DNA from: a bacterium
GTDB taxonomy: Bacteria > Patescibacteriota > Minisyncoccia > Phycocordibacterales > UBA9973
Direction: 5' to 3'
Length of the DNA stretch: 64,000 bases
Assembly (NCBI GenBank): GCA_021824345.1
Contig: JAKAKW010000006.1
Coordinates: 10,257 to 74,256 of the forward strand
The notes beneath the pieces were generated by a model. It had not been told where the DNA came from and searched no databases. It saw only the letters and a list, made by a program, of their open reading frames with translations. A program made the translations under genes and the position numbers. Of the stretch, positions 50,244 to 60,800 are shown piece by piece (the first letter of the stretch is position 1; every line of letters begins with the position of its first letter).

Positions 50244-51710
50244 TTATTTTCCCCGGCCCAAAGATTTTAATTTTGCGAGCAGGCTGTTTTTTTCCAGGTA
50301 AGAGCGCACATGCTTCCGCGCAATATTCGTCCTCGAATGGTCCAGCCACTTGCCGGAAGGGTGAGCGTCCTTTTTTGCGATTATTTCCACGATATCTCCG
50401 TTCTTAAGCTTGGAAAGTATTTGGGACATTTTCCCGTTTATTTTTACCCCGCTTATATGGTCGCCGATGTCGGAATGAATGGCATAGGCGAAATCAACCG
50501 GACTGGAATTTTCCGGCAAGTCTATTACGTCTCCTTTTGGAGTAAAGATGAAAATGCGGTCGCTGAAAAAATCAGTTTTCAAATTTTCAAGGAATTTTTT
50601 CGGCTCCTCGGGCGCGTAATTGAAGGCTTTCAATTCTTCTATCCATTTGAATTTTGATTTTTTATCCAAGGGACTTTTTTTATCGCCTTCTTTGTATGTA
50701 AAATGGGCGGCAATACCATACTCCGCTTCCTGATGCATCTTTTTTGTTTTAATTTGAATTTCGGCTATTCCTCCCGAACCCGTAAAAACGGTGGTATGCA
50801 GGGAACGATATCCGTTAGGCTTAGGAACGGCAATGTAATCCTTTATACGGCCCAAGAGAGGCCGCCACAACGAATGGACTATTCCCAGGATCCTATAGCA
50901 TTCCTCCACTGTATCCACCACAACTCTCAATGCCACGATATCGTATATTTTTTCAATATCCATGTCATGCTTAAGCAGTTTTCTCCAAATACTGTAATTA
51001 TGCTTCAAGCGGTAGGTTATTTCCGCCTTAATCTTGTTAGCCTTCAGTTCTCCCTCGAGCGCGGAGCGGAACTCATTCAGGTTTTTTTCGTAAATCTCCT
51101 TCTTTCCCTTGATAAGTTCCTGAACTTCCGCGTATTCCTTCGGGTATGCGAAGGGGAAAGCGGCATCTTCAAGGTCTCCCTTCAGCCTTCCCATGCCCAA
51201 CCGATCGGCCAAAGGCGCGTATACCTCAATCGCTTCCAAGGCGATTCTTTTGCGTTTGTCCTCACGCACATACTGAAGAGTGCGCAAATTATGCAGGCGG
51301 TCGGCCAGCTTCACCACAACAACCCGGAGATCGTTGGTCATGGCTAAAAAGAATTTTCGCAATGATTCAACATGGCGCTCGTGCCCGCGGTATTTCAGCT
51401 TTCCAAGCTTTGTTACGCCTTCCACTATAAAAGTAATTTCCTCGCCGAAGTTCCGGTCCATTGATTCCTTCGTGACGTTGGCATCTTCCATTACGTCATG
51501 CAAAAGCCCCGCAGATATTGTTTTTGCGTCCATGCCCAGGCGGGCGATGTTTTTTGCGGTTTCAAAAGGGTGAATAAAATACGGCTCGCCGCTCATTCTT
51601 TTTTGCCCTTCGTGAGCCTTTTCAGCGAAGTCATAGGCTTTTGCGATGAGCTTTTTGTCTCTTTCGCTTAGATCGCTGGCCAGGTTTAATATCTCCTGAA
51701 CGTTGGGCAT
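50244..51710 (-). CDS. rel: RelA/SpoT homolog (HD + synthetase + TGS, no ACT domain)
   Basis: LLHDVMED, KLADRLHN, KPNGYRSLHT and TGS FTPKGD. Confidence 0.92.
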   Translation of the reverse strand: MPNVQEILNLASDLSERDKKLIAKAYDFAEKAHEGQKRMSGEPYFIHPFETAKNIARLGMDAKTISAGLLHDVMEDANVTKESMDRNFGEEITFIVEGVTKLGKLKYRGHERHVESLRKFFLAMTNDLRVVVVKLADRLHNLRTLQYVREDKRKRIALEAIEVYAPLADRLGMGRLKGDLEDAAFPFAYPKEYAEVQELIKGKKEIYEKNLNEFRSALEGELKANKIKAEITYRLKHNYSIWRKLLKHDMDIEKIYDIVALRVVVDTVEECYRILGIVHSLWRPLLGRIKDYIAVPKPNGYRSLHTTVFTGSGGIAEIQIKTKKMHQEAEYGIAAHFTYKEGDKKSPLDKKSKFKWIEELKAFNYAPEEPKKFLENLKTDFFSDRIFIFTPKGDVIDLPENSSPVDFAYAIHSDIGDHISGVKINGKMSQILSKLKNGDIVEIIAKKDAHPSGKWLDHSRTNIARKHVRSYLEKNSLLAKLKSLGRGK

Positions 51711-51740
51711 AGTCTGCACATTATAGCATAAACTTAAAGG

Positions 51741-51856
51741 TGCGAAGATCCGGAACATTCCCTCGCGGGGTCGCTGTCTGGCCCTGCTGGGCCAGCGCTG
51801 CCTCTCGGCCCGTCGGCCTGCGAGACACCCCGCTCAGGAAGTTCCTGACCTTCGCA
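51741..51856. repeat. Fold-back element related to 33405-33523
   Basis: TGCGAAG..GGAAC / GTTCC..CTTCGCA ends; inner CTGGCCC-TGCT-GGGCCAG hairpin and a CGTC-capped hairpin. Confidence 0.7.
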
Positions 51857-51862
51857 ATTGAA

Positions 51863-54079
51863 TTACTTGCCTTTCTTGTGAGGATTATGATTCGGGCAGG
51901 CTTTATTGCTGCATCTTTCGGGAATAGTCTTTGTGCCTTCCATCATGAGCGAACCGCACTCGGGGCAGATATTTCCGGTGGGCTTTGCTTTCATTGCGAA
52001 TTTGCAGTCAGGATAGTTGGAACAGGAATAAAAAATTCCAAACCGCCCTCTGCGCTCGGTAATGTCGCCGCTCTTGCATTCCGGACATTGGACCCCGGTT
52101 CTTTTGCGCGCTTCCTCCGCTTCGTCCTTTTTAATAAATTTGCATTTCGGATAACGCGAGCATGATATGAAGGTGCCAGTTCCGTCCCGGCGTTCGCGCA
52201 CGACCAATTTTCCCCCATGTTTTTCTCCGCACTCGGGGCACATTTCCCCGGTTTCCTCCGGTCCTTTAATTTCACTGCCATCCAAGGTCAGCGCTCCGTC
52301 GCAATCCGGATATTTGGAGCACGAATAGAATTTTCCTCCGCGGGACAGCTTGATTATCATCGGACTGCCGCACTTCGGGCATTTAATGTGCTCCGGTGCG
52401 TCGCCGAGATTGGTGGCCTTTTCCAGCTTCTCTTTTGATTTGAGTTCCTTCTGAAAAGGAGTGTAAAAATCGGAAAGCGTTTTTTCATATGCTCGCTCGC
52501 CTCGGGCGATTTCGTCCAACTCGTCCTCCATTTCAGCCGTAAATGTATCGGAAATATACTTTGCAAAGTGATTTTCAAGGAAATCCGAAACCACTTCGCC
52601 GGTATCGGTGGGGAAAAGCGTTCTGCCTTCCTTGCGCACATACTGCCGATCCTCAAGAGTTTTCATAATGGATGCATAGGTGGAGGGGCGTCCTATGCCT
52701 CTTGCTTCAAGTTCTTTCACTAATCCGGCCTCGGTATATCTCCCGGGCGGTTCGGTAAATTTTTCTTCGCTGAATAACTCCAAAAGATTCAAATTTTCGC
52801 CCTCCTTTACCGCCGGCAATTCCACGTCCTCTCCGCGCGCCGCTTTATCCGCGGCAAGCCATCCGGGGAAAATTAGGCGGGAACCATTCGCGACGAAGGG
52901 AGGAATGTCTGGATGACCCTCCGCAATTGCCGAAATTTTTGTTCTTAATAGCCGGGCGTCGGCCATTTGCGAGGAAACGGCTCTTTCCCAGATAAGGCGG
53001 TACAATTTGCGCTGTTCATCCGTTCCGATTTCCTCAATCCTGAAATTGGTGGGGCGGATAGCCTCATGAGCCTCCTGGGCGTTTTTTGATTTGGTTTTGT
53101 AATTTCTCGGCTGCGCATATTCGTCTCCGTATTTTCCTTTTACCAGCGAAATTATCTGCGCCTGCGCAATCGCCGCCAAATTGGTGCTGTCGGTGCGCAT
53201 GTAGGTGATATGGCCGGCTTCGTACAGCTTTTGGGCCACGCGCATGGTTCTGGAAGGGGAGAATCCTAAACGCGAACTGGCGGTCTGTTGCAGGGTGGAA
53301 GTGGTGAAAGGAGCGCGCGGGGAACGTTTTTGCTCGGATTCCTTAACGCTTTCCGCAATCCATTTGCTTGTTCTCCCCATGCTTAGAATTTTTTCAACCA
53401 GTTTTTCATCTCTTGGCTCTTCCGAGCAGGCGAGAACGAGCTGTTTCTTCTTTTCCGTCTCAAAATTTCCCCAAATTTTCCAAAACTTTTCGGGAACAAA
53501 TGCTCGAATCTCGCGTTCGCGCTCCATAATGATACGCAAGGCGGGGGATTGCACGCGGCCGGCAGAAAGGCCGTATCTTACTTTTTTCCATATCAAGCCG
53601 GAAAGATCATATCCCACCAGCCTATCCAAAACCCTTCGGGCCTCCTGCGCTTTGCGCAAATTCGTGTCCACGTCCCTGGGATTTTCCATTGCTTCCGCCA
53701 CCGCCTCTTTTGTAATTTCATTGAATGCAACGCGCTTGATCGGGGCCTTCACTTTTTTGTCATCATGCAGGATGGTCTCAATATGCCAGGCAATGGCCTC
53801 TCCCTCACGATCAGGGTCTGTGGCCAGGTAAATCTCCCTTGCTTTTTCCGCCAGGCCCTTTAGCTCGTGCACCACCTTTTCTTTTCCCTTTGAAATCTCG
53901 TAATGCGGCACAAACCCGGCAGGAATATCTATGGCTTTCTTGTTTGATTTCGGCAAATCACGAATATGTCCCACTGACGCTCGCACGGTAAAATCGTCCG
54001 ATTTTGTTTTGGCCGCGTCTCCGAGATACTTTTCTATTGTCTTCGCTTTTGAGGGCGATTCAACAATCAGTAATTTCAT
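51863..54079 (-). CDS. topA: DNA topoisomerase I
   Basis: IVESPSKAK, DPDREGE, SAGRVQS, ITYMRTDS and C4 zinc fingers. Confidence 0.97.
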   Translation of the reverse strand: MKLLIVESPSKAKTIEKYLGDAAKTKSDDFTVRASVGHIRDLPKSNKKAIDIPAGFVPHYEISKGKEKVVHELKGLAEKAREIYLATDPDREGEAIAWHIETILHDDKKVKAPIKRVAFNEITKEAVAEAMENPRDVDTNLRKAQEARRVLDRLVGYDLSGLIWKKVRYGLSAGRVQSPALRIIMEREREIRAFVPEKFWKIWGNFETEKKKQLVLACSEEPRDEKLVEKILSMGRTSKWIAESVKESEQKRSPRAPFTTSTLQQTASSRLGFSPSRTMRVAQKLYEAGHITYMRTDSTNLAAIAQAQIISLVKGKYGDEYAQPRNYKTKSKNAQEAHEAIRPTNFRIEEIGTDEQRKLYRLIWERAVSSQMADARLLRTKISAIAEGHPDIPPFVANGSRLIFPGWLAADKAARGEDVELPAVKEGENLNLLELFSEEKFTEPPGRYTEAGLVKELEARGIGRPSTYASIMKTLEDRQYVRKEGRTLFPTDTGEVVSDFLENHFAKYISDTFTAEMEDELDEIARGERAYEKTLSDFYTPFQKELKSKEKLEKATNLGDAPEHIKCPKCGSPMIIKLSRGGKFYSCSKYPDCDGALTLDGSEIKGPEETGEMCPECGEKHGGKLVVRERRDGTGTFISCSRYPKCKFIKKDEAEEARKRTGVQCPECKSGDITERRGRFGIFYSCSNYPDCKFAMKAKPTGNICPECGSLMMEGTKTIPERCSNKACPNHNPHKKGK

Positions 54080-54119
54080 ATTCCTCCAAGTATTACACCA
54101 ACATGCGCGATTTGGCAAA

Positions 54120-54986
54120 TCAGCGCAGGCAAATCATTCCCATTTCTTCCTTTATTATTTCTTTGATTTCCATTGCGGAAAGAATAATGTTTGCTCTGGA
54201 AATATTCCAATTTAATCTCCGGATTATTTCATCGCGCGGCAGGGGTTCATGCAGGATTTCGGCTACGGCCTTTTCCTCGGGAGAGAGATCTGACAACGCC
54301 ATTTTTCGCTTTTCCTCATCGTTGGGACGCTCAAAACCCAATGCTTCCAAAACGTCTTCAGGGCAGGTGACCACGATTGCTCCCTGGCGTATCAGGCGGT
54401 TTGTGCCGGCGAAGCCCGGGGTAAAAATCGGACCCGGAATCGCCAAAAGGTCGCGATTGTATTCAAGAGCGAGATTTGCCGTTATTAATGTTCCGGACCT
54501 TTCCGCCGCTTCAATTACCATCGTAGCCCTAGCCATGCCAGCCATCAATCTGTTTCTTTGCGGAAAGCTCCACATTGTTGCCTGGAAATCCGGTTCAAAC
54601 TCGGACAGGAGACATCCTCCCGCGTCAGCTATCTTATTTATAAGATGGGCATTGTTCTTCGGATAGATGGCGGCGCCTGAAAGCCCTGAGCCTGGGAAGG
54701 CGATTGTACGGAGTCCGGCATTCATCGCCGCCTTATGCGCCGCAATGTCAATGCCTAAGGCAAAACCTGAAACAATTATGATCGGATATCCGCGCAGGCC
54801 GGATATGATCCTTTCACACACCTCTCGGCCGTAGGAAGTAATCCTTCGCGAGCCTACCACGCACAAATATATCCAACTGCGTTCGGCTGGAGGAAGGCTT
54901 CCGATTATCCATAAGTCCTTCGGCGGATCCGGAATTTGCATGAGAGCAGCCGGAAAATCCGCTTTTGCAAGTTTTCTTATTTCCAT
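54120..54986 (-). CDS. dprA: DNA-protecting protein DprA
   Basis: VGSR, SGFALGID, FPQRNR and EAAERSGTLIT. Confidence 0.95.
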   Translation of the reverse strand: MEIRKLAKADFPAALMQIPDPPKDLWIIGSLPPAERSWIYLCVVGSRRITSYGREVCERIISGLRGYPIIIVSGFALGIDIAAHKAAMNAGLRTIAFPGSGLSGAAIYPKNNAHLINKIADAGGCLLSEFEPDFQATMWSFPQRNRLMAGMARATMVIEAAERSGTLITANLALEYNRDLLAIPGPIFTPGFAGTNRLIRQGAIVVTCPEDVLEALGFERPNDEEKRKMALSDLSPEEKAVAEILHEPLPRDEIIRRLNWNISRANIILSAMEIKEIIKEEMGMICLR

Positions 54987-55092
54987 ATTGGCTGACGATA
55001 GAATGCGGCGTCGCGCGCCTGGTTTTGTTATTATACGACAATTAATGTATAATTGCTAATACTTAATGTAGACCGCATTTGCGGGTAAAAAA

Positions 55093-56358
55093 ATGTTGGA
55101 CATAAAATTCATCCGGGAGAACAAGGATATAGTGGCGGCCGGAGCAAAAAAGAAAAAAATCAATATCGACTTGGACAAGCTTATCTCTCTGGACGATGAG
55201 CGCTTGAAGATTATGAAAGAAGTGGAGGAACTGCGCAGTGAAATAAACAAGGTATCAAATGATATCGCTCGCGACCAGGACCCGGCTTTAAAGGTTGAAT
55301 TGATTGAAGAGATGCGTTCGGTTAAGGAGGATATCAAGGCAAAAGAGGAGAAACTTAAAGAGGTAATGGACGAGTGGCACAAACTGATGATTGAAGTGCC
55401 GAATGTGCCGGATGTCTCAGTGCCCGAAGGCGAAGATGACAGCCAGAATGCAGAAGTGCGCAGTTGGGGCGAAAAAACAAAATTTGGCTTTGCCCCAAAG
55501 AGCCATGTTCAGCTGCTGGAAGATCTGGATCTCGGTGATCTTGAGAGAGGTGCAAAAGTTTCCGGCTTCCGCGGCTACTTCATGAAAAACGGCGGAGCGT
55601 TGCTTTTCTTCGCGCTTTGGCAGTTCTTTTTGGATTACTTTGTGGAGAAAGGATATACTCCCGTGATCGTTCCTTCTCTGGTGCGAAAGGAAACGCTGTT
55701 CGGTACGGGTTATCTTCCCCAGGGTGAAGCAGACCTTTACAAGACTCAAGACGGAGATTATTTGGCGGGCACTGCGGAGGTGGCCACGATGTCATATTAT
55801 TCCGGAGAAATTCTTCCAAAAGCCTCATTACCGAAAAAGTTTATCGCGTTTTCTCCCTGCTTTAGGCGAGAGGCGGGAGCGCACGGCAAAGACGTGAAAG
55901 GTATAATCAGAGTGCATGAATTTTTTAAGCTGGAGCAGATTGTGCTCTGTGAAGCCAGCCACGAGCTTTCGGCTAAATTGCATGAAGAAATAACCGCTCA
56001 TGTTGAACATTTGATGCAGGAATTAAAGATACCGTATAGAGTGGTGGCAAATTGCGGAGGAGACTTGGGTCTGGGCCAAGTGAAAAAGTATGATATTGAA
56101 GCCTGGATGCCCTCCGAAGAAAAATACAGGGAAACTCATTCTTCCTCATATTTTCATGATTTCCAAACTCGCCGGCTCAATATTCGCTATAAAGACGATG
56201 ATGGAAAAAACAAATACGTACACTCGCTGAATAATACCGCAGTGGCCACCTCTCGATTGCCGGCCGCTATCCTGGAAAACTACCAGCAGGAAGACGGCAG
56301 AGTTCGCATTCCGGAAGTTTTGCGAAAATACATGGGCAATAAGGAATTTATTGGATAA
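55093..56358 (+). CDS. serS: Serine-tRNA ligase
   Basis: MLDIKFIREN, GTAE, CFRREAG and HSLNNT. Confidence 0.97.
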   Translation: MLDIKFIRENKDIVAAGAKKKKINIDLDKLISLDDERLKIMKEVEELRSEINKVSNDIARDQDPALKVELIEEMRSVKEDIKAKEEKLKEVMDEWHKLMIEVPNVPDVSVPEGEDDSQNAEVRSWGEKTKFGFAPKSHVQLLEDLDLGDLERGAKVSGFRGYFMKNGGALLFFALWQFFLDYFVEKGYTPVIVPSLVRKETLFGTGYLPQGEADLYKTQDGDYLAGTAEVATMSYYSGEILPKASLPKKFIAFSPCFRREAGAHGKDVKGIIRVHEFFKLEQIVLCEASHELSAKLHEEITAHVEHLMQELKIPYRVVANCGGDLGLGQVKKYDIEAWMPSEEKYRETHSSSYFHDFQTRRLNIRYKDDDGKNKYVHSLNNTAVATSRLPAAILENYQQEDGRVRIPEVLRKYMGNKEFIG

Positions 56359-56368
56359 GGACGGCAAT

Positions 56369-57235
56369 ATGAGGAAACGCAATGTCCTAAATTCTCCTCG
56401 TCTCCGACAGGTAAAGAAAAAGAAAAGAAAAATTTTCTGGCTGAAGGTTTTGTTTTTTGCCTTGTTGGCCGGATGCGTTTTATCCGGCATAATACTTCTT
56501 GCGCGCTGGCAGAAGCTAAATATCCAATCCGTACAGGTAATCGGGGCGGATGGCGCTGATGCGTCGGCGCTGAAAGGCGCAGTGGAAAAAGAAATTTCCG
56601 GCGATTACCTCCTATTCCTGCCGAAAGCCAATATTTTTATTTATCCTTCCGGCTCCATTCAAAAGAATTTATCCGATTCCTTTAAGATGTTTAAAGACAT
56701 ATCGCTTAAAATTTCCACCTCGGGAGTTTTGGAGGTTTCGGTTACTCCGCGCAAAGGCGCGTATTTATGGTGCGGAGACATGTTTGCCAACGGCGGCGCA
56801 AATCCATGTTATTTCATGGACGATGGCGGATATATTTTTGAGAAGGCTCCGTATTTTTCCGGCAGCGTATATTTTAAGTTCTACGGAAAGCTTGCCAGAG
56901 ATGAAAGCGATCCGGCCGGCGAGAATTATTTATCCGGAATTTTTTCAAAAATCATTTCCTTCAAAAATACTCTTGACCAGATGAACATCAAACCCATGGC
57001 ATTGCAAGGCATGGATAACGGGGAAATGGAGTTCTTTCTGTATTCTCCCAATTCTTCCTCCTCTCTCCCGCCGGCGGTAATTTTTAATTCTTCATCGGAT
57101 TTTACAAAACTGGCGGAAAACCTGCAGACGGCTCTTTCCACTGAGCCTTTAAAATCCGAATACCGGAAAAAATATGCATCTCTTCAATATATTGACTTGC
57201 GGTACGGAAACAAGGTTTATTATAAGTTCAAATAA
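56369..57235 (+). CDS. FtsQ/DivIB-like cell division protein
   Basis: Basic N-terminus, one TM, POTRA-like region and terminal YIDLRY. Confidence 0.75.
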   Translation: MRKRNVLNSPRLRQVKKKKRKIFWLKVLFFALLAGCVLSGIILLARWQKLNIQSVQVIGADGADASALKGAVEKEISGDYLLFLPKANIFIYPSGSIQKNLSDSFKMFKDISLKISTSGVLEVSVTPRKGAYLWCGDMFANGGANPCYFMDDGGYIFEKAPYFSGSVYFKFYGKLARDESDPAGENYLSGIFSKIISFKNTLDQMNIKPMALQGMDNGEMEFFLYSPNSSSSLPPAVIFNSSSDFTKLAENLQTALSTEPLKSEYRKKYASLQYIDLRYGNKVYYKFK

Positions 57236-57244
57236 AGGACAACC

Positions 57245-58222
57245 TTGAATAATTTTTGGCAAAAATTACATAGGCCGTTTTTTGTTTTGGCGCCCATGGC
57301 GGACGTTACAGATTTTGCCTTCAGGAAAATAATAAGCAAATACGGCAAGCCGGATGTATTTTGGACAGAGTTCGTTTCGGCCGACGGTCTGGCGCACCAC
57401 GAAGCCAGAAAAAAACTGCTGATTGACCTGAAATATGAAAAAGGCCAGCATCCTATTGTTGCCCAAATTTTTGGCGGAAAGCCGGAAAATATCCGATCTG
57501 CAGCCAAGCTCTGCGCGGAACTCGGCTTTGACGGCGTGGATATAAATATGGGCTGTCCGGATCGGGCGGTGGAGAAGCAGGGCGCGGGGTGCGGGATGAT
57601 AAAAAGTCCAGAGGTAGCCGGAGAAGTGATCAAGGCGGCCAAAGAGGGGGTGCAAGAAGCGGCCGGCGCAAATGAAAAGGCGATTCCAATTTCGGTAAAA
57701 ACCAGGCTCGGATACAACAAAGTGGAAATGGACTGGATCAGGTTACTTTTAGAACAAAATATCGCCGTGCTCACTGTGCATTTGCGCACCAGGAAGGAAA
57801 TGTCAAAGGTCTCGGCCCACTGGGACTTGATGAAGGATATCGTTGCCATGCGGAATGCATCAGGCAAAAACACTCTCATCATTGGAAATGGAGACGTTGA
57901 AAGTTTGGCTGACGCCAAAAAGAAAGTAAAAGAAACCGGATGCGACGGCATTATGTTCGGCCGGGCCATTTTCGGAAACCCGTGGCTCTTTGCCGGCAAA
58001 AACCCCAATGTAAAGGAAAGGTTGAAGGTGCTTGCGGAACACACTAAGCTTTTTGAAAAAGAATTGGGCAAATACAAGAACTTTTCCATAATGAAAAAGC
58101 ATTTTAAGGCCTACGTGAACGGCTTTGACGGCGCGAAGGAGCTGAGAATGAAATTGATGGAAGCAGAGAATGCAAATGGGGTGAAAAAAATAATTACTGA
58201 TTACCTTAATTGCACCAATTGA
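57245..58222 (+). CDS. dus: tRNA-dihydrouridine synthase
   Basis: LAPMADVTD, DINMGCP, GNGD and GRAIFGNPW. Confidence 0.94.
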   Translation: MNNFWQKLHRPFFVLAPMADVTDFAFRKIISKYGKPDVFWTEFVSADGLAHHEARKKLLIDLKYEKGQHPIVAQIFGGKPENIRSAAKLCAELGFDGVDINMGCPDRAVEKQGAGCGMIKSPEVAGEVIKAAKEGVQEAAGANEKAIPISVKTRLGYNKVEMDWIRLLLEQNIAVLTVHLRTRKEMSKVSAHWDLMKDIVAMRNASGKNTLIIGNGDVESLADAKKKVKETGCDGIMFGRAIFGNPWLFAGKNPNVKERLKVLAEHTKLFEKELGKYKNFSIMKKHFKAYVNGFDGAKELRMKLMEAENANGVKKIITDYLNCTN

Positions 58223-58271
58223 CGAGCATAATAAATAATGTTATAAAATCTGCAAAATAACGGAGGTAAAG

Positions 58272-58715
58272 TTGAAAATAAAAGCGAGAAAACTAAGAAA
58301 AATTCTTAGAAGGCTTATAAAGGATGAGAGGAGTTGGATAAATGATATATTAACCAACCACTCCTGCGATCCAATTAGGCTTGCAAGGATTTCCTTTTTA
58401 AGGAAAATTTTATCAAAAAAAAGATTTGGGTATGTAATTATCCCAAACGACGATAAATCAAAAGGACTCCTCGAAGGATTGATAACCCCAGAGGAAGACG
58501 ATGGAATGGACATGGAAGCGAAGTCAATCGTTGCATATGTAATATTAGATTTGTTTCTTTTGTTTGTTTCATATTTGTCATTGATTCTGAAGCCATTTAA
58601 AGATTCAAAATTGATTATTGTCATTTTGACAATAATCTGGACCTTCTTCACGGTGCTTTTTTTAGTTTTTTATTTTCAAGAAGCAATTCGTGTAAGAAAA
58701 AACAAAAAAATTTAA
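58272..58715 (+). CDS. Hypothetical AT-rich membrane protein
   Basis: TTG start after GGAGG; two C-terminal hydrophobic helices. Confidence 0.5.
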   Translation: MKIKARKLRKILRRLIKDERSWINDILTNHSCDPIRLARISFLRKILSKKRFGYVIIPNDDKSKGLLEGLITPEEDDGMDMEAKSIVAYVILDLFLLFVSYLSLILKPFKDSKLIIVILTIIWTFFTVLFLVFYFQEAIRVRKNKKI

Positions 58716-58784
58716 ATTCCGCCTTGGGTATTTCATTATATCCAAGGCATTTCATTTTTTAGCTCCTCGCGCTATAATCCCCGT

Positions 58785-59873
58785 ATGCCAAAGGCAAATA
58801 GCGGCCATAATAGAAACGGCAATGGAAACCACTCTTCCTTGGCCCTTTACCGTAAATACCGTCCGGAAACCTGGAAAGAGGTGCAGGGCCAGAGCCATAT
58901 AACTGACGTTCTGGAAAGCTCCATAAAGCAGGGGAATGTGTCTCATGCATATCTTTTCGTCGGCTCCAGAGGGCTTGGCAAGACCACTATTGCCCGCATC
59001 TTTGCTCGGGAGCTCGGCGTTTCTGAAAACGACACATATGAAATTGACGCGGCTTCCAATCGCGGTATCGATGATATCCGCGAGCTCCGGGACGGAGTGC
59101 GAGTTCTTCCGCTGGAGTCAAAATATAAGGTTTACATAATAGACGAGGTGCACATGCTTTCCAAGGACGCTTGGGGGGCGCTTTTGAAGACTCTTGAGGA
59201 ACCGCCGGCTCATGTCATTTTTATTCTAGCCACTACCGAATTCCATAAAGTACCCGACACAATCATTTCGCGGTGCCAGGTTTTCAATTTCAAGAAGCCT
59301 TCTGAACAGGTATTAAAAAAAATGATCATGGAGGTGGCAAAAAAAGAAGGGTATGAACTGGACGCCGGTTCTGCCGAACTCCTGGCCATTCTCGGAGATG
59401 GATCATTCCGCGATGCGCTCGGAATCCTGCAGAAAGTGCTGAATTTTTCTCAGAGCAAAAAAATAAAGAGGGAAGAGGTGGAAAAAATCACCGGCGCGCC
59501 GAAAACGGAATTGGTAAATGAAATTATTTCCTCTATTGCAGAGAAAAATCTTGAATCAGGAATCTCCGCCGTGCAAAGGGCGTCAGGGGAGGGAATGGAT
59601 ATGAAGCTCTTCACAAAATTGGTTATTCAAAAATTCCGCATGGCTGTAATTCTAAAATACGCTCCTAAATTGGAAAAAGAGCTTGCGGGAGATTTATCGG
59701 AGAATGATCTGCAATTTCTGAAAGGACTTGTGAAGGAGGACAAGACCGGCATGCTCCGTTCTCCTGCCTTGTCTTTGCTATTGGAAGCGTATCAGAACAT
59801 TGATCGAGCCTTCATCCAGGAACTTCCGCTTGAACTGGCGCTTATTAAAATCCTAGGCGAAGAAGAGAAATAA
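58785..59873 (+). CDS. dnaX: DNA polymerase III gamma/tau
   Basis: LYRKYRP, GSRGLGKTT, IDEVHML and SRC. Confidence 0.95.
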   Translation: MPKANSGHNRNGNGNHSSLALYRKYRPETWKEVQGQSHITDVLESSIKQGNVSHAYLFVGSRGLGKTTIARIFARELGVSENDTYEIDAASNRGIDDIRELRDGVRVLPLESKYKVYIIDEVHMLSKDAWGALLKTLEEPPAHVIFILATTEFHKVPDTIISRCQVFNFKKPSEQVLKKMIMEVAKKEGYELDAGSAELLAILGDGSFRDALGILQKVLNFSQSKKIKREEVEKITGAPKTELVNEIISSIAEKNLESGISAVQRASGEGMDMKLFTKLVIQKFRMAVILKYAPKLEKELAGDLSENDLQFLKGLVKEDKTGMLRSPALSLLLEAYQNIDRAFIQELPLELALIKILGEEEK

Positions 59874-59875
59874 AT

Positions 59876-60736
59876 ATGTCATTCCTATTGCTCACGGCCT
59901 GGGGTGCCACTGTCCTTTTCGGCATAGAGGCAATCATTGAAAAATTGGCCAGCCGGCATATTTTTTCCAACCCCTGGCTTTTCAACTATTTTCTCCGAAT
60001 GTTCGGGGCAGTCGGCATCATAGCCTTGTCCATTTTCTTCGGAGCTGGAATGCCTCACCACTGGAGCTATATTATTCTGGCCGGTATTTTTTCAACGCTT
60101 GGAGGAATTCTATATCTCTTTGCCTTATATAGGCTGGATGTTTCTGTTTTTATACCGCTTTTCAGCTTCAAAACAGTTTTCGCGGTAATTCTCGGCACTG
60201 TCTTTCTGGGCGAAATTCTCATTACCAAGCAATATATGCTTATCGGGGTAATATTTATTTTCGGGTTTTTCGTAAGCGTGGATGAGAATTTTCATTGGAA
60301 ATCTTTTTTTAACAAAAATGTTCTGATTGCTCTTATTGATACTTTATGCTTGGCAATAATGGCGCTGTTTGTAAAGCTGTCTATCGCGGAAACGGGCTAT
60401 TGGGATACTGCTCTATGGATGACCGTGGTGGAGGTGATTCTGCTCCAATTCACTGTCCCGCTTTTTAAAAAGGAGTTTAAAACTGTGAAGCGAGGACATT
60501 ACGGAATCATTGGATTGGTTGCTGTTATCGATCTTGGCGCCGTACTATTGGCAAATGCCGCCTATGGAATAAGCATCAGCATTGCCACGGCCATTATTGC
60601 CGTGCCCGTTTCAATGATTTTCGCCTTTATTTTTTCACGCTACGCGCCGGAGCTTTTGGAAAAGCACACCTTGAAGGTGTATCTGGTTCGCTTTATTTCC
60701 GCCGCTGTCATGATCATCGCGGCGTTGAATCTGTGA
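59876..60736 (+). CDS. EamA/DMT family transporter
   Basis: About 10 TM helices in two repeats; FLGE motif. Confidence 0.8.
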   Translation: MSFLLLTAWGATVLFGIEAIIEKLASRHIFSNPWLFNYFLRMFGAVGIIALSIFFGAGMPHHWSYIILAGIFSTLGGILYLFALYRLDVSVFIPLFSFKTVFAVILGTVFLGEILITKQYMLIGVIFIFGFFVSVDENFHWKSFFNKNVLIALIDTLCLAIMALFVKLSIAETGYWDTALWMTVVEVILLQFTVPLFKKEFKTVKRGHYGIIGLVAVIDLGAVLLANAAYGISISIATAIIAVPVSMIFAFIFSRYAPELLEKHTLKVYLVRFISAAVMIIAALNL

Positions 60737-60800
60737 TATAATATAAGAAAATTATTAATCATTAAGTAGATGGCCTGGAGCTACAGCATAAGTCTGCTTT

